A stretch of 64,000 bases of DNA from Candidatus Latescibacterota bacterium. Its GTDB lineage: Bacteria > Latescibacterota > UBA2968. Position 1 is the stretch's first letter, and the number at the start of each line of letters is the position of its first letter. A program made the position numbers and the translations under genes. The stretch is from positions 3,904,001 through 3,968,000 of the forward strand of contig OZ242311.1 of the NCBI GenBank assembly GCA_965207885.1, given 5' to 3'. The notes beneath the pieces were generated by a model. It saw only the letters and a list, made by a program, of their open reading frames with translations. It was not told where the DNA came from and did no database searches. Below, in pieces: positions 11,191-20,919 of the stretch.

Positions 11191-11231
11191 AAAAAGAAAG
11201 TGTGTGCAAGGTATCCATCCCCTGCACACAC
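11191..11231 (-). terminator. Rho-independent terminator after the PorV-like gene
   Basis: GTGTGTGCAGG...CCTTGCACACAC followed by TTTCTTTTT on the minus strand. Confidence 0.7.
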
Positions 11232-11276
11232 CGGTTGTGGTTCAGGATCTATCAGCGATCCACTCACAGACCGCTA

Positions 11277-12239
11277 TCAAAACGACCCACTAACAGCCAT
11301 GCGCAACGGCGCATCGAAATACACGCCGCCATCGCTATACGACAGATCCACGCGGATATCGCGCCCGCCAAAATCGTACTTCAGGCCAGCGCCCAAACTG
11401 TAATCCTCCACGTCGTAGTTGACCTTATATCCACCGCGCAATGCGAGCATATTGGAAATCCAAAGCTCACCGCCAAAATTCCACCGCTGACCGTAATCAG
11501 TAGCCATAATGGTCTCGGCCGCAAGCGTCAAATACGTCGGATCGCCCTGTTCCCCATAGACCTCACCTGCCAGGCCAAAATTGAAATTGATCGGCGGTGA
11601 ATACTGCTCGGTTTCCACAGTAATATCGGCACCCACATTGCGCGCGGCAGCGGCAATACGCAAACTGCGATAGCCCGTATATGCCGAAATACCCAGATCA
11701 AACTGAAAGGTACTCGTCGTTTTGAGCACCAGATCTTCCTGCACCCACCGCGCCTGCACACCCCAGGACACTTTATCGGTCATCTGACGCGCAAACATAA
11801 ACCCAATGGCTGTATCGCCGCCCTGGATCATGCGCCCGGTACCTGTGGCTTGAAAAATCGTCGTCTCCTCCACCTCTTCGGGCACAAAGCTCACAATGGA
11901 AACACCAAACGTATTACCGCCCCATTTATAAGCCAATGCCCCCGAATACAATCCCGAATTGACCAGCCAGCGCGTGTACGACAGCGCGTATTCTCCGCCC
12001 GAAACAAATCCCAGTGCGCCGGGATTGTAAAAAGACGCATCAATACCGCCGTTCATCGCGACAAAGGCTTCGCCCATAGCCACGGCACGGGGTGACGCAC
12101 CAATTTTGAGAAATGCCAGCGACGACTGCCCCTTCACCGGCAAAATCGTACCGTATTCGCCAAAATCCGACTGGGCAAAGGCCGGTCCTGTCATCAGCCC
12201 GACCACCAGCATTAGCACCAGTAATATTCGTTTGTTCAT
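11277..12239 (-). CDS. PorV/PorQ (UPF0164)-family outer-membrane beta-barrel
   Basis: Signal peptide, FLKIGASPRAVAMGEAFVA, YNPGAL, terminal Phe. Confidence 0.85.
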   Translation of the reverse strand: MNKRILLVLMLVVGLMTGPAFAQSDFGEYGTILPVKGQSSLAFLKIGASPRAVAMGEAFVAMNGGIDASFYNPGALGFVSGGEYALSYTRWLVNSGLYSGALAYKWGGNTFGVSIVSFVPEEVEETTIFQATGTGRMIQGGDTAIGFMFARQMTDKVSWGVQARWVQEDLVLKTTSTFQFDLGISAYTGYRSLRIAAAARNVGADITVETEQYSPPINFNFGLAGEVYGEQGDPTYLTLAAETIMATDYGQRWNFGGELWISNMLALRGGYKVNYDVEDYSLGAGLKYDFGGRDIRVDLSYSDGGVYFDAPLRMAVSGSF

Positions 12240-12249
12240 GTCAGGCTCC

Positions 12250-14625
12250 TTATCTCAAAATGTAAAACGTCCCCGTCACCGTTTGCCCCATACTTTCGGG
12301 CGTCAGCGATTCAACGACGTAAAAATAAATCCCGCTGGCCACATCAGGCGAAGTCACATTGCGTTCAATTTGGAACCACGATGCTTCGCCAGAACTCGCA
12401 TCGTCGTGCAGGATTTCACCCACAATATCACCCGCCACATTGAAGATTAGCACGCGGCTTTTGGGAGGCAATCCCAGAAAGCGGATCTTTTTTGAACTCT
12501 GGTAATTATAAGCCGCTTCCGACAAACTGAACGGATTGGGCACCACGCGCACGCGCTTTTCCGGCCATGACGGTGCCAGACCCGGCTGAAACGGACTGAG
12601 GTCCAGGTTCACGCGCTGCTCGGGGGCAGAATATCCACCTTCGAGTCCAGCCTGTAAATGACCCTGCACTTCTTCGGGCAAATCGCCCATGCTCGACATG
12701 CCATTGCTCCATGAACTGCGCGGTTTGGCGAAAGCCCGCACATTGTAAAAGTACCGGAACCCGGCAACTGCCGTATTGTCGCGCCACACGTATTGACCGC
12801 CCGAATAGTCCCAGGTAGATCCGGAGGTACCTGCAGTGACAGTACCTACGTCTTCCCATGGACCAAATTCCTGATAGGCGGATCGGAACACGCGATATCC
12901 CACCACATCGGCATCGCCAAAATCGGGATGCACCGACGACTCAGCGGCATCATTCCACGTCAATGTAATCTCGGCATCCTGATTCACCCCAGGCGCAAAC
13001 TTCACATCGGGTGGATAATCGGGCAGATCGTACATATTGTCGTACGCAAATTGTGCGGCCTTCAAATGCGCCACAAGAGCAGCTTCTCCCTTGCTCAACC
13101 GCGCCAATCGTTCTTCTACGGGTAGTGGAATATCTTTCAAACAAAATGCCTGCACATCGATTGCATAAGCAGACTGGCCTTCGCGGGATATCGCCTGTGC
13201 GCCTGTCCCGGCGACATAAGCCACCACGATCTTGGCCTTCTCGCCCACAGCCAGATTATACGGCCCAAAAGTGAGTGCATTGGCCATCGCATTGACGGTG
13301 GTTGGATTGGCATCGGTTGTTCCCGAAAAAGTTTCGTAAATGCCCTGCTCGGAATCGCTCTGCAAATTCGGCAAATCCGTCCTCAACCCCCAGAAATCCC
13401 GCGTTTCCCACCACTTTGACGTCCTGGGTTGTTCGCCTACTGGATTGACGTATTTGCCCTGATCGTCGGCATTAAACACATGCGACGGCCCGCTATCGCG
13501 ATAGGCCAACGGTGCAACGCCCACGTACTGCGGCGATCTCATTTGCCCGTCAAACACACCGCCCGGCAGTCTTTTTGCATTGCCGTGTACGCTTTCAAGA
13601 TAAACGGGCTGCCCGGTATCCTCTTCAGCACGCTGGATACTGTCGCCATCCCACTGATAATTCATCTTCAAATCGACGTATTCAGCAGGTCCGTCGTAAT
13701 TCGGCGCACCCGTATAGCGGTATTGATCGTCTTGTGGCTGATACGATCCGGGCATGCCAGATCCGATGCTATTCCAATTGCCCTCGCCCGACATGCTCAC
13801 CGTAAAGCCCTGAACAAATGAGAAATACGCCCCCGTTAGATTATGTCCTGCACCGCCATTCACATCGGCCACACCATCGCCATCTGAATCACCCGTGTTC
13901 TCAAATTCCACTTCCAATATGAAGAAATCGTCAAACCCCTGATAACTCCAGGCCATGGCTTTGCGCGTGATCGTAACACCGTGTTTGGTCGTCCACCTGC
14001 TAAAAACGATATCTTCTGCGCGGTCATCCTTATCGGCGTCCATATACTGGCCCCACCGATGATTCAAGACTTCATAGGGCACGCCCGTTCTCGGCGCATC
14101 GGTTTGCAATGCAGCACCGGGATACCAGTTGGGCATAATTGCTCCCGCACCCAATCCATGGGGTGGTACTTCGACCTGGTATCCCCAGTTGGCTTCGGGA
14201 CTGTTGGCAATATCGTAATACATTGGCGCGATATCCGCCGAAGGCGTCCACGGTCCCGAATACGACACGCCGTATTCGCCGCCGACATTGGTCAACACCC
14301 ATATACCTTCCCCTCCCGACAAATTCTGTGCCTCATTTTTTTGTTCAGCCCAGCTAAAACCGTTCTTTTTGCCGAAATACTCAATATAGTCCGCACCCGC
14401 CATATTGAGCATAAGGCCATTGCCCATGCCCGGATACGTCAAGCGGGGCGCACCGCGAGAACTTCGGTCATCCCAGACACCGCCCTGAGTACCCTCATTG
14501 CGGAATCCGGTCCAGAGTTGTCCTCGGGTGAGTTGCCTCAAATTCTGCGTGTCCAAAGCATAGGCACCAAACGCCCATCCCAAAACTATCAGAATCAGGA
14601 CAGCAGCTTGAAATTTCCTGTTCAT
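12250..14625 (-). CDS. Secreted protein with FN3-like domain and T9SS/FlgD-like C-terminal domain
   Basis: Signal peptide, DSDGDG Ca-binding motif, GYRVFRS, C-terminal VRVVPNPF..IFNVAGDIV..VASGIYFY..FYILR. Confidence 0.75.
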   Translation of the reverse strand: MNRKFQAAVLILIVLGWAFGAYALDTQNLRQLTRGQLWTGFRNEGTQGGVWDDRSSRGAPRLTYPGMGNGLMLNMAGADYIEYFGKKNGFSWAEQKNEAQNLSGGEGIWVLTNVGGEYGVSYSGPWTPSADIAPMYYDIANSPEANWGYQVEVPPHGLGAGAIMPNWYPGAALQTDAPRTGVPYEVLNHRWGQYMDADKDDRAEDIVFSRWTTKHGVTITRKAMAWSYQGFDDFFILEVEFENTGDSDGDGVADVNGGAGHNLTGAYFSFVQGFTVSMSGEGNWNSIGSGMPGSYQPQDDQYRYTGAPNYDGPAEYVDLKMNYQWDGDSIQRAEEDTGQPVYLESVHGNAKRLPGGVFDGQMRSPQYVGVAPLAYRDSGPSHVFNADDQGKYVNPVGEQPRTSKWWETRDFWGLRTDLPNLQSDSEQGIYETFSGTTDANPTTVNAMANALTFGPYNLAVGEKAKIVVAYVAGTGAQAISREGQSAYAIDVQAFCLKDIPLPVEERLARLSKGEAALVAHLKAAQFAYDNMYDLPDYPPDVKFAPGVNQDAEITLTWNDAAESSVHPDFGDADVVGYRVFRSAYQEFGPWEDVGTVTAGTSGSTWDYSGGQYVWRDNTAVAGFRYFYNVRAFAKPRSSWSNGMSSMGDLPEEVQGHLQAGLEGGYSAPEQRVNLDLSPFQPGLAPSWPEKRVRVVPNPFSLSEAAYNYQSSKKIRFLGLPPKSRVLIFNVAGDIVGEILHDDASSGEASWFQIERNVTSPDVASGIYFYVVESLTPESMGQTVTGTFYILR

Positions 14626-14643
14626 ATCACTATCCTCCAATTC

Positions 14644-17600
14644 TCAAAACTGAATTTCCAGACCGATTTCCACTTCGCGCGGATGATACCTGTAGCGCGT
14701 GGCTTCTCTCGGGTCGCCATATAGCAAAAACTCGGTATCATCTGGCGGGGGTAGCCGCAACCCGTACTGTATATACGTGAAATCCGAATCTCGGCTCTCC
14801 GTACTCCTTTCATTGAACAAATTGCTCACCTCCAAAAATAGCGTGGGACGCAAATTGCCAATGGCTCGAAAATCTTTGGCCGCGTAAAGATCCGTCTTCA
14901 TCACCGTTGCTCCCGTGCGAAATTCGCGCGGGCCAATCGGGGGAACATACTCAAACGGCTCACCGCTGAAAATGCGGTAAATCATACTCACGCGCAGACC
15001 GCCAAATGGATTAATCGCGCCCATTTGGGGTCCATAAGCCATCGGCGTGGCATAATACAACTGAAGCGACAACTGATTCCTGCGCTGTCCGCCGGTAGGT
15101 TCTGCCGAAAAGACTTGCCCATTTGAAGCCGTCCATATCCCGTTATCATTGGTTTTGATGGGAGGCTGCCAGGGACCTGCACCTGGCCCCTGTGACCCGG
15201 CTTGCTCGGTCCAAGACACGATATTTGCCTCGGCTTTAGCGCTAATATCGGCCACTTGCTCAGATGTGAGCGGCACGGGCCTCTCCGAACCATCGGATTG
15301 CACTTCCCAATCGGTCCAGTAGTGTCCGCCCGAAATAAAATCGGCATCGGGAAGCACATACCAGTTCGCAGAGTGTTTGCCGTAGTGAACGCCACCCGGG
15401 TCGCGCACCCATTCGGCGTTGTAGGACAAATTGAACTGGAAATTATTGCTAAACGTCTTCTTCAGCGACAATTCAATCCCGCGCGCTGTCTGCCAGTAGG
15501 TATTGCGTATGGCGTTGACCTGTGAGGACTGGCCTCTGAGGGGATCTACCCAATAGGAAATGTTGTTTCTGGAGTACAATCCCTCATCGCGCCGATAGTG
15601 TGCCGTAATACTCGCCGTATAATCAGCCACAAAATTCCAATCCACCCCCATTTCCATACTCGTCGTGCGCTGGGGTTTCATGCCATCGGACGGCTGCCGC
15701 GCCGTGGTATGCACTTCCATAGCATTCCACTTTTCGGTCTCATCAATAATGCCGTTGCCATTGAGGTCATTGTCCGGCGCCTCACTCGAGAACTGTCTGC
15801 GATGGGTCTCGAGGAGCACGGGAAAGACATTCGCTCGACCAATGAAATAGTGCGCTGCCAGACGGTCTGTAATCGGGTGTGACAGGCCCACGCGAGGACT
15901 CAATGCCGTCATTGTTGGCTTCGAACTATCGAGGTGATCCATTTCATACCGCGCCCGCGTAAACGTGCTGTACATCGGCGATTTGCCCAGCGCCTCTCCC
16001 ATTGAGCCATTGCGCCCAAAATTGTAATAATCCCAGCGCAAACCCAGATTGGCGACCAGACCCCCGTACTCGATCTTGTCCTGCACGTACAGGTTCAGCG
16101 TCCACGGTTTCACATTTTTGCCCAGTTCAAAACCATCTGCCACAAACTCGAGAAAACGACTCTTGGTATTGTCAAAATCTTCTCGCGTGCGGTGATATAA
16201 CCGTTGTGTGAGCACCAATCCCGTCTGAATCAAGTGCGACCGATTGACCTGACTCACAAAATCGTATTTGATGCCGTATCTCGTATCTTCCTCTTCGGTG
16301 TATTCGCGCAACAGCGTGGGCAAATTGAAAAACCCCGCCTTATCTTTGCGCACGGCTTCGGTGGCATCCGGCACATCGAACGCATCACGGTCGTATTTGT
16401 TGTAGAAAAATTTCAGGTCGTAATACGTGTTTTCGCCCAATGTATGTGTCAGCGTCAATACCTGGAGCTGCCGCGACAAGGTGTAAGTTCCCGAAGCTGA
16501 AAAATCCTCGGGAAAGAAAATATTTTGTGCATTATTGCGCGTCGATCCCTGAAATCGATCTGACCGTTGATACATACCCAGTGCTTTAACCTTGATATCT
16601 GCACCGGGCCGATACGTCAATGTCGCCTGCATGCGCGGTGGATCGTCCGATACCTGTTCAGCCGCCGGGAACCTGGCCGGACTGCGGGCATAACTCACAC
16701 TGGCAAAATACGAAAAATCGCGTGAGAGCGGACCGCCCAATGTACCTTCCAGGCGGTGTCCACGCTTGTCCGTATAATCGACGCGTTCGTGCGCCATACG
16801 CTCGACATCGTCAGACGTTCCCAGCGTGCGATCTGGTCCTGGATCCATATACGTTTCATTCACCCAATCGGGATTGTCCCATTGCACATTGTCTTCAAAT
16901 CCGGGACTTTCATAAACATCTCGACCCCAGTGCTTTTTGCCCGCAGGTGTGAACTTATACTCCACCCGACCGGAGAAATTGCCTCGACCTTCTTTTGTCA
17001 CCAGACTCACAATACCCGCCCCCGCATTGCCAAATTCTGCATTCATACCGCCGGTTAGCACACTCAATTCCTGAATAGCCGTGGTATTTACGCCCGTAAG
17101 CATGCTCCGATCAACTTCAATCCCATCGATATAATAGCCCACCTGCGTACCCGTTTGCACCTGCGTTGAACTTCCGCGAATGCGGTTGGTGCCATCCAGC
17201 GCCATACCCGGTTGCAACGCGATCAATTGCGATGTCGATCTCACCTGCGGCACAGCCTGAATATCTGCCGCGGAAACCACGTATTTGCTCGTGGTTTTAT
17301 CTGGCTCCACAGGCGGGCGCTCCGCCACGACAACCAGCTCGGCCAATTCCAGACTGGCTTCTTTCAGTGCAAAATCCACCGTGGATGTATAATCCACAAT
17401 CACCTGCACCGCTTCTTTCTTTTCCGTGCCATAGCCCACCATCGTCGCCGTAAGGGTGTACATGCCGGGATCTACAGCCAGAATTAAATAGCGGCCCTCG
17501 GCATCGGTAGTCGCTCCTTTGCGGGTCCCTTCGAGCGTCACATTAGCGCCCGGTAAGGACTCACCTGTAGCGGCATCTGTGATGACACCCGTAATTTTTC

Positions 17601-17670
17601 CCGCTGTTGTCGCCATGGCCGATGTACCCATCAGCAACAACAAAATAAATCCCAATATTAACTGCTTCAT
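14644..17670 (-). CDS. TonB-dependent receptor with carboxypeptidase-regulatory-like N-domain
   Basis: GKITGVITDAATGESLPGANV, plug GGMNAEFG, YVQDKIE, SPRVG, terminal Phe. Confidence 0.9.
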   Translation of the reverse strand: MKQLILGFILLLLMGTSAMATTAGKITGVITDAATGESLPGANVTLEGTRKGATTDAEGRYLILAVDPGMYTLTATMVGYGTEKKEAVQVIVDYTSTVDFALKEASLELAELVVVAERPPVEPDKTTSKYVVSAADIQAVPQVRSTSQLIALQPGMALDGTNRIRGSSTQVQTGTQVGYYIDGIEVDRSMLTGVNTTAIQELSVLTGGMNAEFGNAGAGIVSLVTKEGRGNFSGRVEYKFTPAGKKHWGRDVYESPGFEDNVQWDNPDWVNETYMDPGPDRTLGTSDDVERMAHERVDYTDKRGHRLEGTLGGPLSRDFSYFASVSYARSPARFPAAEQVSDDPPRMQATLTYRPGADIKVKALGMYQRSDRFQGSTRNNAQNIFFPEDFSASGTYTLSRQLQVLTLTHTLGENTYYDLKFFYNKYDRDAFDVPDATEAVRKDKAGFFNLPTLLREYTEEEDTRYGIKYDFVSQVNRSHLIQTGLVLTQRLYHRTREDFDNTKSRFLEFVADGFELGKNVKPWTLNLYVQDKIEYGGLVANLGLRWDYYNFGRNGSMGEALGKSPMYSTFTRARYEMDHLDSSKPTMTALSPRVGLSHPITDRLAAHYFIGRANVFPVLLETHRRQFSSEAPDNDLNGNGIIDETEKWNAMEVHTTARQPSDGMKPQRTTSMEMGVDWNFVADYTASITAHYRRDEGLYSRNNISYWVDPLRGQSSQVNAIRNTYWQTARGIELSLKKTFSNNFQFNLSYNAEWVRDPGGVHYGKHSANWYVLPDADFISGGHYWTDWEVQSDGSERPVPLTSEQVADISAKAEANIVSWTEQAGSQGPGAGPWQPPIKTNDNGIWTASNGQVFSAEPTGGQRRNQLSLQLYYATPMAYGPQMGAINPFGGLRVSMIYRIFSGEPFEYVPPIGPREFRTGATVMKTDLYAAKDFRAIGNLRPTLFLEVSNLFNERSTESRDSDFTYIQYGLRLPPPDDTEFLLYGDPREATRYRYHPREVEIGLEIQF

Positions 17671-17691
17671 AATCCTCTCCTCGTTTGAGAT

Positions 17692-18384
17692 CTACCAGTA
17701 CAATTTGAACGCCGTCCTGAAATCGAACATCGCAATGGGAAATACTCCGGGCAGATCCCACGCCTCCATCGGACGCAAATCACCCAAAATCATGTGATAA
17801 CGCCCGCGGATATCCAGCCCGAATCGCCCCTGCACCACCGTCATGCCCAACCCCACATTCGCACCCAGAGCCGTATGTTCATCCTCTCGATCATCCAGCA
17901 TCAGATCCGCATTCAAAGGCTCTTCTTTTTGCCCCGGATAAATCAGACCAGTAATCCGATCCTGATAATCGTAGAACCCCGCTCCCACAGCGATATATGG
18001 CAAAAGTTGCAAATCACTGCCGGACTTTCGGGTATTGAGATACGCCAGAGCATTGATCAAAAAGCTGTTGAGATTAAACCGAGAATTTGCATCGGGACTC
18101 AAATATTGTTGCTTGTCAATAGGCCAGGTAAACGCCAGACCTTCGATCTTTCCGTCATCCATTGTCAGATGATGGTATTCAAACTCCATCGTAGCACGCG
18201 AACTGACCTGATAATCCAGCACCGCACCATATACCTGAGAAGCCGAATACCGATCGTGAAATCCCAGCACGGGCACGCTGCGGTTAAAAAACACGCCAGC
18301 ACCGTATCGAGCCTCCTGGGCAGAAACCGGCACCGCGATCAACAATGCCAGCAGCCACATATTCAACATCAAATATCTATTCAT
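17692..18384 (-). CDS. Outer-membrane beta-barrel protein (OmpA/OmpW-like)
   Basis: Signal peptide, PYIAVGAG, GANVGLG, terminal Trp; AAGGAG RBS. Confidence 0.7.
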   Translation of the reverse strand: MNRYLMLNMWLLALLIAVPVSAQEARYGAGVFFNRSVPVLGFHDRYSASQVYGAVLDYQVSSRATMEFEYHHLTMDDGKIEGLAFTWPIDKQQYLSPDANSRFNLNSFLINALAYLNTRKSGSDLQLLPYIAVGAGFYDYQDRITGLIYPGQKEEPLNADLMLDDREDEHTALGANVGLGMTVVQGRFGLDIRGRYHMILGDLRPMEAWDLPGVFPIAMFDFRTAFKLYW

Positions 18385-18398
18385 AGATATGTCTCCTT

Positions 18399-18440
18399 TT
18401 AACAGTACACAGTTGTATAACATGCCACATCTCTTGTCAT
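18399..18440 (-). CDS. Putative 13-aa leader peptide MTRDVACYTTVYC
   Basis: AAAGGAGG RBS just upstream of ATG; the TAA stop abuts the next RBS. Confidence 0.45.
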   Translation of the reverse strand: MTRDVACYTTVYC

Positions 18441-18539
18441 ATTGCCTCCTTTCCAGGGAGCACAAGTATTTATCTCTATTGAAGCGATGTACAACTTCGT
18501 AGAAGTTTAACCGTCGGTATTTTCCTCCTCTCTCAAGTA

Positions 18540-18568
18540 TTGACAAAAACACATAAAATTGTTATGGT
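18540..18568 (+). promoter_or_regulatory. Sigma70-type promoter
   Basis: TTGACA-17 nt-TATGGT. Confidence 0.55.
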
Positions 18569-18574
18569 TTTTGT

Positions 18575-18667
18575 TTTTTGTCGTACGATGGATTTCTAAA
18601 TCCTTTATACGGTCACCTGGTCGTTAGCCCGACCTCGCCAAAGTTCGAAGGCTAACGGCCTTTTTTA
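18575..18667 (+). ncRNA. Candidate ~90 nt small RNA
   Basis: Lies between the promoter and a + strand terminator (GGTCGTTAGCC..GGCTAACGGCC-T6); both flanking genes are on the minus strand. Confidence 0.45.
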
Positions 18668-18704
18668 TATGACCAAACAGAAATTCCGAATGTTCCAACC
18701 CCGC

Positions 18705-19475
18705 TCAAACCCCTAACTTCTTGATAAACGCCAGATTCTTCGCGTGATCGGCATTTGGGTCATCGCCCGAAGGCGTCTCCAGAACAATGTACCCATCGTA
18801 ACCGATCTCGCGCATCGCCGCATCCACCGAATCAAAATCCACGCGCCCGTCTCCCAATGCCTGCCGGTCCGTATCCTTCGCGTGAATCATCCCGACACCC
18901 TCAGGCCCCAGCTTCAAAATTTCCTCAGCCGGATCCTGTCCGCGCGTCATCGTATTGCCCGTATCGTGATAGACCTTCACCGCAGGAGACCCCACGCGAT
19001 CCAAAATCATCACCAGTTGATCCGCGCTAAAGGTCGTCTCCAGATCCAAAATCACGTCGTGTTCTTCCGCAACATCGCCCAGTGCTTTGAACCCATCCAC
19101 CAGTTGATCCCACGTCGAATCCGGCCACTCATCCATATCTCGCGGAAACATCGGCACCAAAATATGCCGCGTATCAACGGCAGCGCACGACCCAATCACA
19201 TGCGTCAAAATCTCAACACCCTCGGCGCGCTTTTCCGCTTCTGGCAATGCGGGATGAAATTGTGAAAACACCCCTGGCGACAGTGAAGAAATCTCAACAC
19301 CCGCCGCATCTGCCAATCCCTTCAGCTTCTCTGCCCCACCATCCTCCCACAAAATATTCTCCCCATAGTCTCGCCCAACGCAAAACTCCACCCCATCAAA
19401 TCCAATATCCTTCGCCACTGAAAATACCGCTTCCAGCGGTGCTTTTAACATATTATCTCGAATACCGTATTTCAC
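18705..19475 (-). CDS. Sugar phosphate isomerase/epimerase (TIM barrel)
   Basis: GFDGVE, LET, HDTGN, IHAKD, GYDGYIVLE. Confidence 0.9.
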   Translation of the reverse strand: MKYGIRDNMLKAPLEAVFSVAKDIGFDGVEFCVGRDYGENILWEDGGAEKLKGLADAAGVEISSLSPGVFSQFHPALPEAEKRAEGVEILTHVIGSCAAVDTRHILVPMFPRDMDEWPDSTWDQLVDGFKALGDVAEEHDVILDLETTFSADQLVMILDRVGSPAVKVYHDTGNTMTRGQDPAEEILKLGPEGVGMIHAKDTDRQALGDGRVDFDSVDAAMREIGYDGYIVLETPSGDDPNADHAKNLAFIKKLGV

Positions 19476-19730
19476 AATAAATCTCCTTTCAGATATTTAA
19501 TTAAAACTTAAAGAACCAATTTATAGAATTTTCTATATTTAATAAATAAAATTTATTACAGGCCTTCATTAAAAAAGACAATAGGGTTCCAAAAGATTCC
19601 ACTCGCATTTTACCTTTTACAACTTTCACCTTGTCCGCCTGCCGTAAATAGCTTATAAATGATAACGCGATGTGCTGCTTTGTGTTTTTTTGTAATACAA
19701 ACATATGTTTCTAATAGAGATGAAACCTTT

Positions 19731-20828
19731 ATGTCTTTGACAGAATCTGCGGACTTACGAACCAGAAGTGCTAATCGACCCGTTATGAATAGACCTGATG
19801 AGCTACCGCCATTTCCCGAGGGGTGGTATTTCGTCGCAAGCCGCGAGTCCATTCTGCGAGAGAAACTGATCGAGAAAACGTGGCTGGGCGAGGAAATCGT
19901 CGCCTGGTGCGACGAGTCAGGCCGTGTCTGCGTGGCCGACGCGGTATGTCCGCACCTGGGCTCGCACCTGGGGCCGGAGGTCGGTGGGAAGATATGCAAT
20001 GGTCGCCTCGTCTGTCCTTTTCACGGATTTGAGTACGATACGACCGGTCAATGCGTTGCGACTCCGAATGCCCCGGCACCCAGAGTTGCGAGACTGAAAG
20101 TATATGAGACGCGAGAGAGCCTCGGCATGGTCTTCGCCTGGTTCGGGAGCGGCGGCCGGCCGCCGCAGTGGGACCTTCCAAACGAGCCAACCACTGGACA
20201 AGAGTGGTGTGAACTGGGATTCAACATACTCCGGTTCCGTGGACATCCCCAGGAAACAACCGAGAATTCCGTGGATCTGGGACATCTGCGCTACGTGCAT
20301 GGTTACGACAATGTGAATCCAGTCGGTTCGGTAACGGTAGATGGTGCCTATTTGAAGAGTTGCTTTGACTTCAAACGCGTTCGCAAAATCCTGGGTGTAA
20401 AGGACCTCGTGTACGAACCCTCGGCCATCACCCACGTCTATGGACTGGGCTACTCCTTCGTCGAAATCCACGAGAAAACTATCGATATGAATGCGAGATT
20501 GTGGGTGCTCGCAACGCCCATTGATGGCACCCTCATCGATCTTGCATTGGTCAGCCAGGCGCGAGAAATCCGCAAGCCCAGGCGATTCATCTCAGGCCTG
20601 GGGTTTCTGCCGATGAAGCTGCGCCACAGGCTGATGAATCGCATTTTGTTGTCACAACAAAAACGGGATGTCCTGCAGGATGTGGTGATCTGGGAACGGA
20701 AACGGTATCGGCCTACCCCCAGGTTGTGCCGCGCCGACGGCCCCATAGGGAAGTACCGCCGGTATTGCCGGCAGTTCTATCCGGATCCGACAATTGCGAC
20801 GGGAAGTGGAGACTCGATCTCCGATTAG
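19731..20828 (+). CDS. Rieske non-heme iron oxygenase, cholesterol 7-desaturase (DAF-36/Neverland)/KshA-like
   Basis: PPFPEGWY, CPHLG..CPFHG, ENSVDLGHLRYVH, C-terminal DVVIWERK..DGPIGKYRRYCRQFY. Confidence 0.85.
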   Translation: MSLTESADLRTRSANRPVMNRPDELPPFPEGWYFVASRESILREKLIEKTWLGEEIVAWCDESGRVCVADAVCPHLGSHLGPEVGGKICNGRLVCPFHGFEYDTTGQCVATPNAPAPRVARLKVYETRESLGMVFAWFGSGGRPPQWDLPNEPTTGQEWCELGFNILRFRGHPQETTENSVDLGHLRYVHGYDNVNPVGSVTVDGAYLKSCFDFKRVRKILGVKDLVYEPSAITHVYGLGYSFVEIHEKTIDMNARLWVLATPIDGTLIDLALVSQAREIRKPRRFISGLGFLPMKLRHRLMNRILLSQQKRDVLQDVVIWERKRYRPTPRLCRADGPIGKYRRYCRQFYPDPTIATGSGDSISD

Positions 20829-20919
20829 GCGGCAGCCGATGAGGGCGCATCATGTACGGCTGGCGGTTCAGGAAGGCACCCTGACTTGAGGGGCCCGCGC
20901 GAAGGCGCGCCAGGCGGGC

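Noticed and set aside
17692-18552. Longer ORF-track starts here and at 7336, 24099, 32848, 36841, 40058 and 52379
   Set aside because: Downstream starts have an RBS or signal peptide, and most of the extensions overlap neighbouring genes or repeats.
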